Of a stretch of DNA of 64,000 nucleotides, positions 61,701-64,000 are shown piece after piece; the first letter of the stretch is position 1, and every line of letters starts with the position of its first letter. The notes below the pieces were generated by a model. The model was not told the DNA's origin and ran no database searches. It worked only from the letters and a program-made list of their open reading frames with translations. Origin of the DNA: Setoptus koraiensis (taxonomy: Eukaryota > Animalia > Arthropoda). The position numbers and the translations under genes were made by a program. The stretch lies in assembly GCA_048013815.1 (NCBI GenBank), contig CM106585.1, forward strand, positions 1,488,001 to 1,552,000, written 5' to 3'.

Positions 61701-64000
61701 TTGATATTTTCTATTTTCCGCCTCGCAATAGCTCGCTCTCTCTCTCTCCCCATCTTGACCTATATAAACACACCCGCACACAGTTAAACAAGCCACCTAG
61801 ACTGTCTAAGCTAGACAGGCTGTCTATACGAGCTGCCATGAGTGAGGTACGAGCGATATAAAATGTCGTATAAAAAAGTGTGATAAATAATAATAAATAA
61901 TACATATATCCGCTCATTATTACGCTGCTGAACTGAACAGTGGACTGATAAAAAAGCTCGCATGCCAATCTATTAAAAAATATAGCTGTTAAAGGGATTT
62001 TCAGTCGTTTCGGGATCACATCAGTGCCGTATCTCTGGGATATATCTGGGACAGTGCCTCTTGCAGTTGGTTGCAGTGGCAGTGATTTTGACAATAGACT
62101 CGAGAGAGCAGATAGTATTAATAAACAAACGAATAAACAAACAAATAAACAGAAACAGAAACATTACACCATTACACTAAACAAATATTTGCTTGACTAT
62201 CATTGCTGTTTTCTATTCATTCATGCGCATCTATTTCACGAACGAACTTGGTATCACAATGGCTAGCCTAATGAAATTGTTGCCTAGGTGAGAGTTTATC
62301 ATTTGATGTGGTTGTTATTGATGCTGTTGAAACACTTACAAGAAGCGACCGTCCCTGTAGCCTCCTGTTTCTATTCGGAATTCGGCCTCGTCGCGGGATA
62401 TTTTCCCATGGAACCTGATGAGTGAATAGACAAACAAACAATCATTATGACAAGTGAATCATTATCATTATTATATAATACTAATTTGTTCTTTATACAC
62501 ACAAAAATATACACATCAACACAACCTTTGCATAAGAGTTTGCCTAGTGTAAGTATTAACAGACAAAGACTCTTTGATTGTTGTGGATTAATCGTGCCAA
62601 TCAACTTACCATGGCTGAAACTCGTGCAAACTTTTGTATATCAGTGTACGGATGGTCTCATTGTTGAGCGTTGTAGCTATCGCCGTTCCGCCCAGACTGG
62701 TGCTGCCACAACCATCGGATTGCGGACCCATTGATAGTGGCAGTCCATTGTTTGAAACTGAATTGGGGCCGTTTCCATTACAAATACCATTATTATTATT
62801 ATTATTATTATTTGCACTGCTAACTAAACAACCATTATTTGAAACAGCTACTCCTGACACCGCTAATGATGCTTGACCATCAGAGAGGCCTAATTGATTG
62901 TTGTTGATTCCAATGGCGGAATCACCATTAGTAGTTTGTACGCCCAATTGCGAGGCAAAACCCCATTGTTTAGCTTTAATTATTATGGCTAAACGTATCT
63001 GGTCAACGCTCAATCCCCAAAATGTTGGCGGCAAAATAAGTGAATCCAGATTTTGTCTATTAATGGCATAGTTGGGCTTAATAGCTAAACCTTCGGCTTT
63101 GTCAATTAATTCATCTATGGTAAGATATTTCTCATCGCTTAATTGGGATCCATGCAATGTGACAAAGCCATCGTCTGTTTTTAAGATTTTATAATGTAAC
63201 ACAGTTTGTTGGTGGCACAAAGACAAAACAAAATCATCATTCAATCCACTGCTCCTCAATAGATATGAACCGTCTAGGCAACCACGTGATTTTAATATCC
63301 ACTCTGCAGTCTCGCGAGCTATATTGCCAAAATAGTATCCTATTAATTGATTGCTATTGTTTAAAACAGTTAAATTATCTGCGTGAATGTTATTGTTGTT
63401 GTTTGAGTTGCAAGTGACAATAATTTCATCATTATTGTTGTTGCTATTTGTAATACTATTTACTAAAGCCACTGTATTATCAACTGATCGTTGCTGATTA
63501 CATGTATTATCCGATTTCCTATTGGCCAATTCATCGAGATACTCTTTGTTAGGCGCTATACCATTCAAATTTATATTATCCGTTGATGGGTCAATCTGGT
63601 CAGTTAACTCATTGAAGGGACTCAGTATTGAATTAGCATTAGTATGGCCAGCGAGATCAGTGTCAAACGAATCAATATCTAATAATGTCTGTTCCAATTG
63701 ATCCGTTTTAGCTGTGCAATCCGATTTTTGTTGTTGATTGCAATTATTGTAGCCGTTGGCTGAACTCAATTTCAAACTTTGCTGCTGTTGACTACTTGGC
63801 GGCATAGATTTTGTGCTTCTTATAAGAGGCATTCCGCCTGCAAACAATTGCTGAAATTGTCGCTGCGAAGGTGGCGGTGGTGGGGGCATATTGATGGCTG
63901 ATTGTTGCATCGACTGACTATGGCTGGGCTGTTGGAAGTTGCTACAACTACCTGACTGATTTGTTTGTTGATAATATTTGGCATTATTGTGTAATGTAGA
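55715..64000 (-). CDS. SYK: SYK/ZAP-70-family tandem-SH2 tyrosine kinase, 5' end outside the window, >2020 aa. Exons 62610->64000, 62340-62414, 61429-61564, 57586-60903, 57212-57365, 56841-57082, 56290-56700, 55929-56182, 55715-55802
   Basis: N-SH2 (YYFGNIARE...SYLLRSS), interdomain A ending LHEFQPW|FHGKISR, C-SH2 (FLVRER, HYRI, DGL...C), kinase HRDLAARN and DFGMS...YYKAQ...KWPLKWYAPECIYY. No ankyrin repeats between the SH2 domains, so not SHARK. Confidence 0.93.

Noticed and set aside
19360-63000. Many 60-120 aa ORFs antisense to or out of frame with real CDSs (e.g. 20215, 24276, 27322, 50535, 57004, 58681)
   Set aside because: Shadow ORFs explained by the codon bias and low complexity of the real genes.

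Overview
Eukaryotic, not prokaryotic: short 77-220 nt GT-AG introns, AAC/CAG-rich low-complexity DNA and arthropod-type genes. Probably an acariform mite, possibly an eriophyoid (inference only). I manually reconstructed seven frame-consistent genes: a group III secreted phospholipase A2 (5'-truncated by the window), a PepT/SLC15 peptide transporter, KLHDC2, an atypical papain-family protease, a 2351-aa Cad99C/PCDH15 cadherin, an acid lipase, and a >2000-aa tandem-SH2 SYK kinase (5'-truncated by the window). There is also a trypsin-like pseudogene, a truncated pogo/Tigger element, an almost spacerless ~780-bp palindrome, a duplicated ~650-bp unit with an internal stem, and many short tandem duplications. 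I found no rRNA, tRNA or CRISPR array. The strongest leads are three. (1) Most of the conserved proteins carry large Q/N/S/T-rich loop insertions, some containing recognisable motifs: a furin site in Cad99C EC2, about 298 aa between two cysteines of the EC3 loop, and SYK Y323/Y352-like and LD-like motifs in a ~1,160-aa linker. (2) The long palindrome looks gene-derived and is a candidate hairpin-RNA/endo-siRNA locus. (3) The lipase and cysteine protease have altered catalytic motifs. Comparisons with human and Drosophila proteins are from recalled sequences; no alignments or database searches were run.
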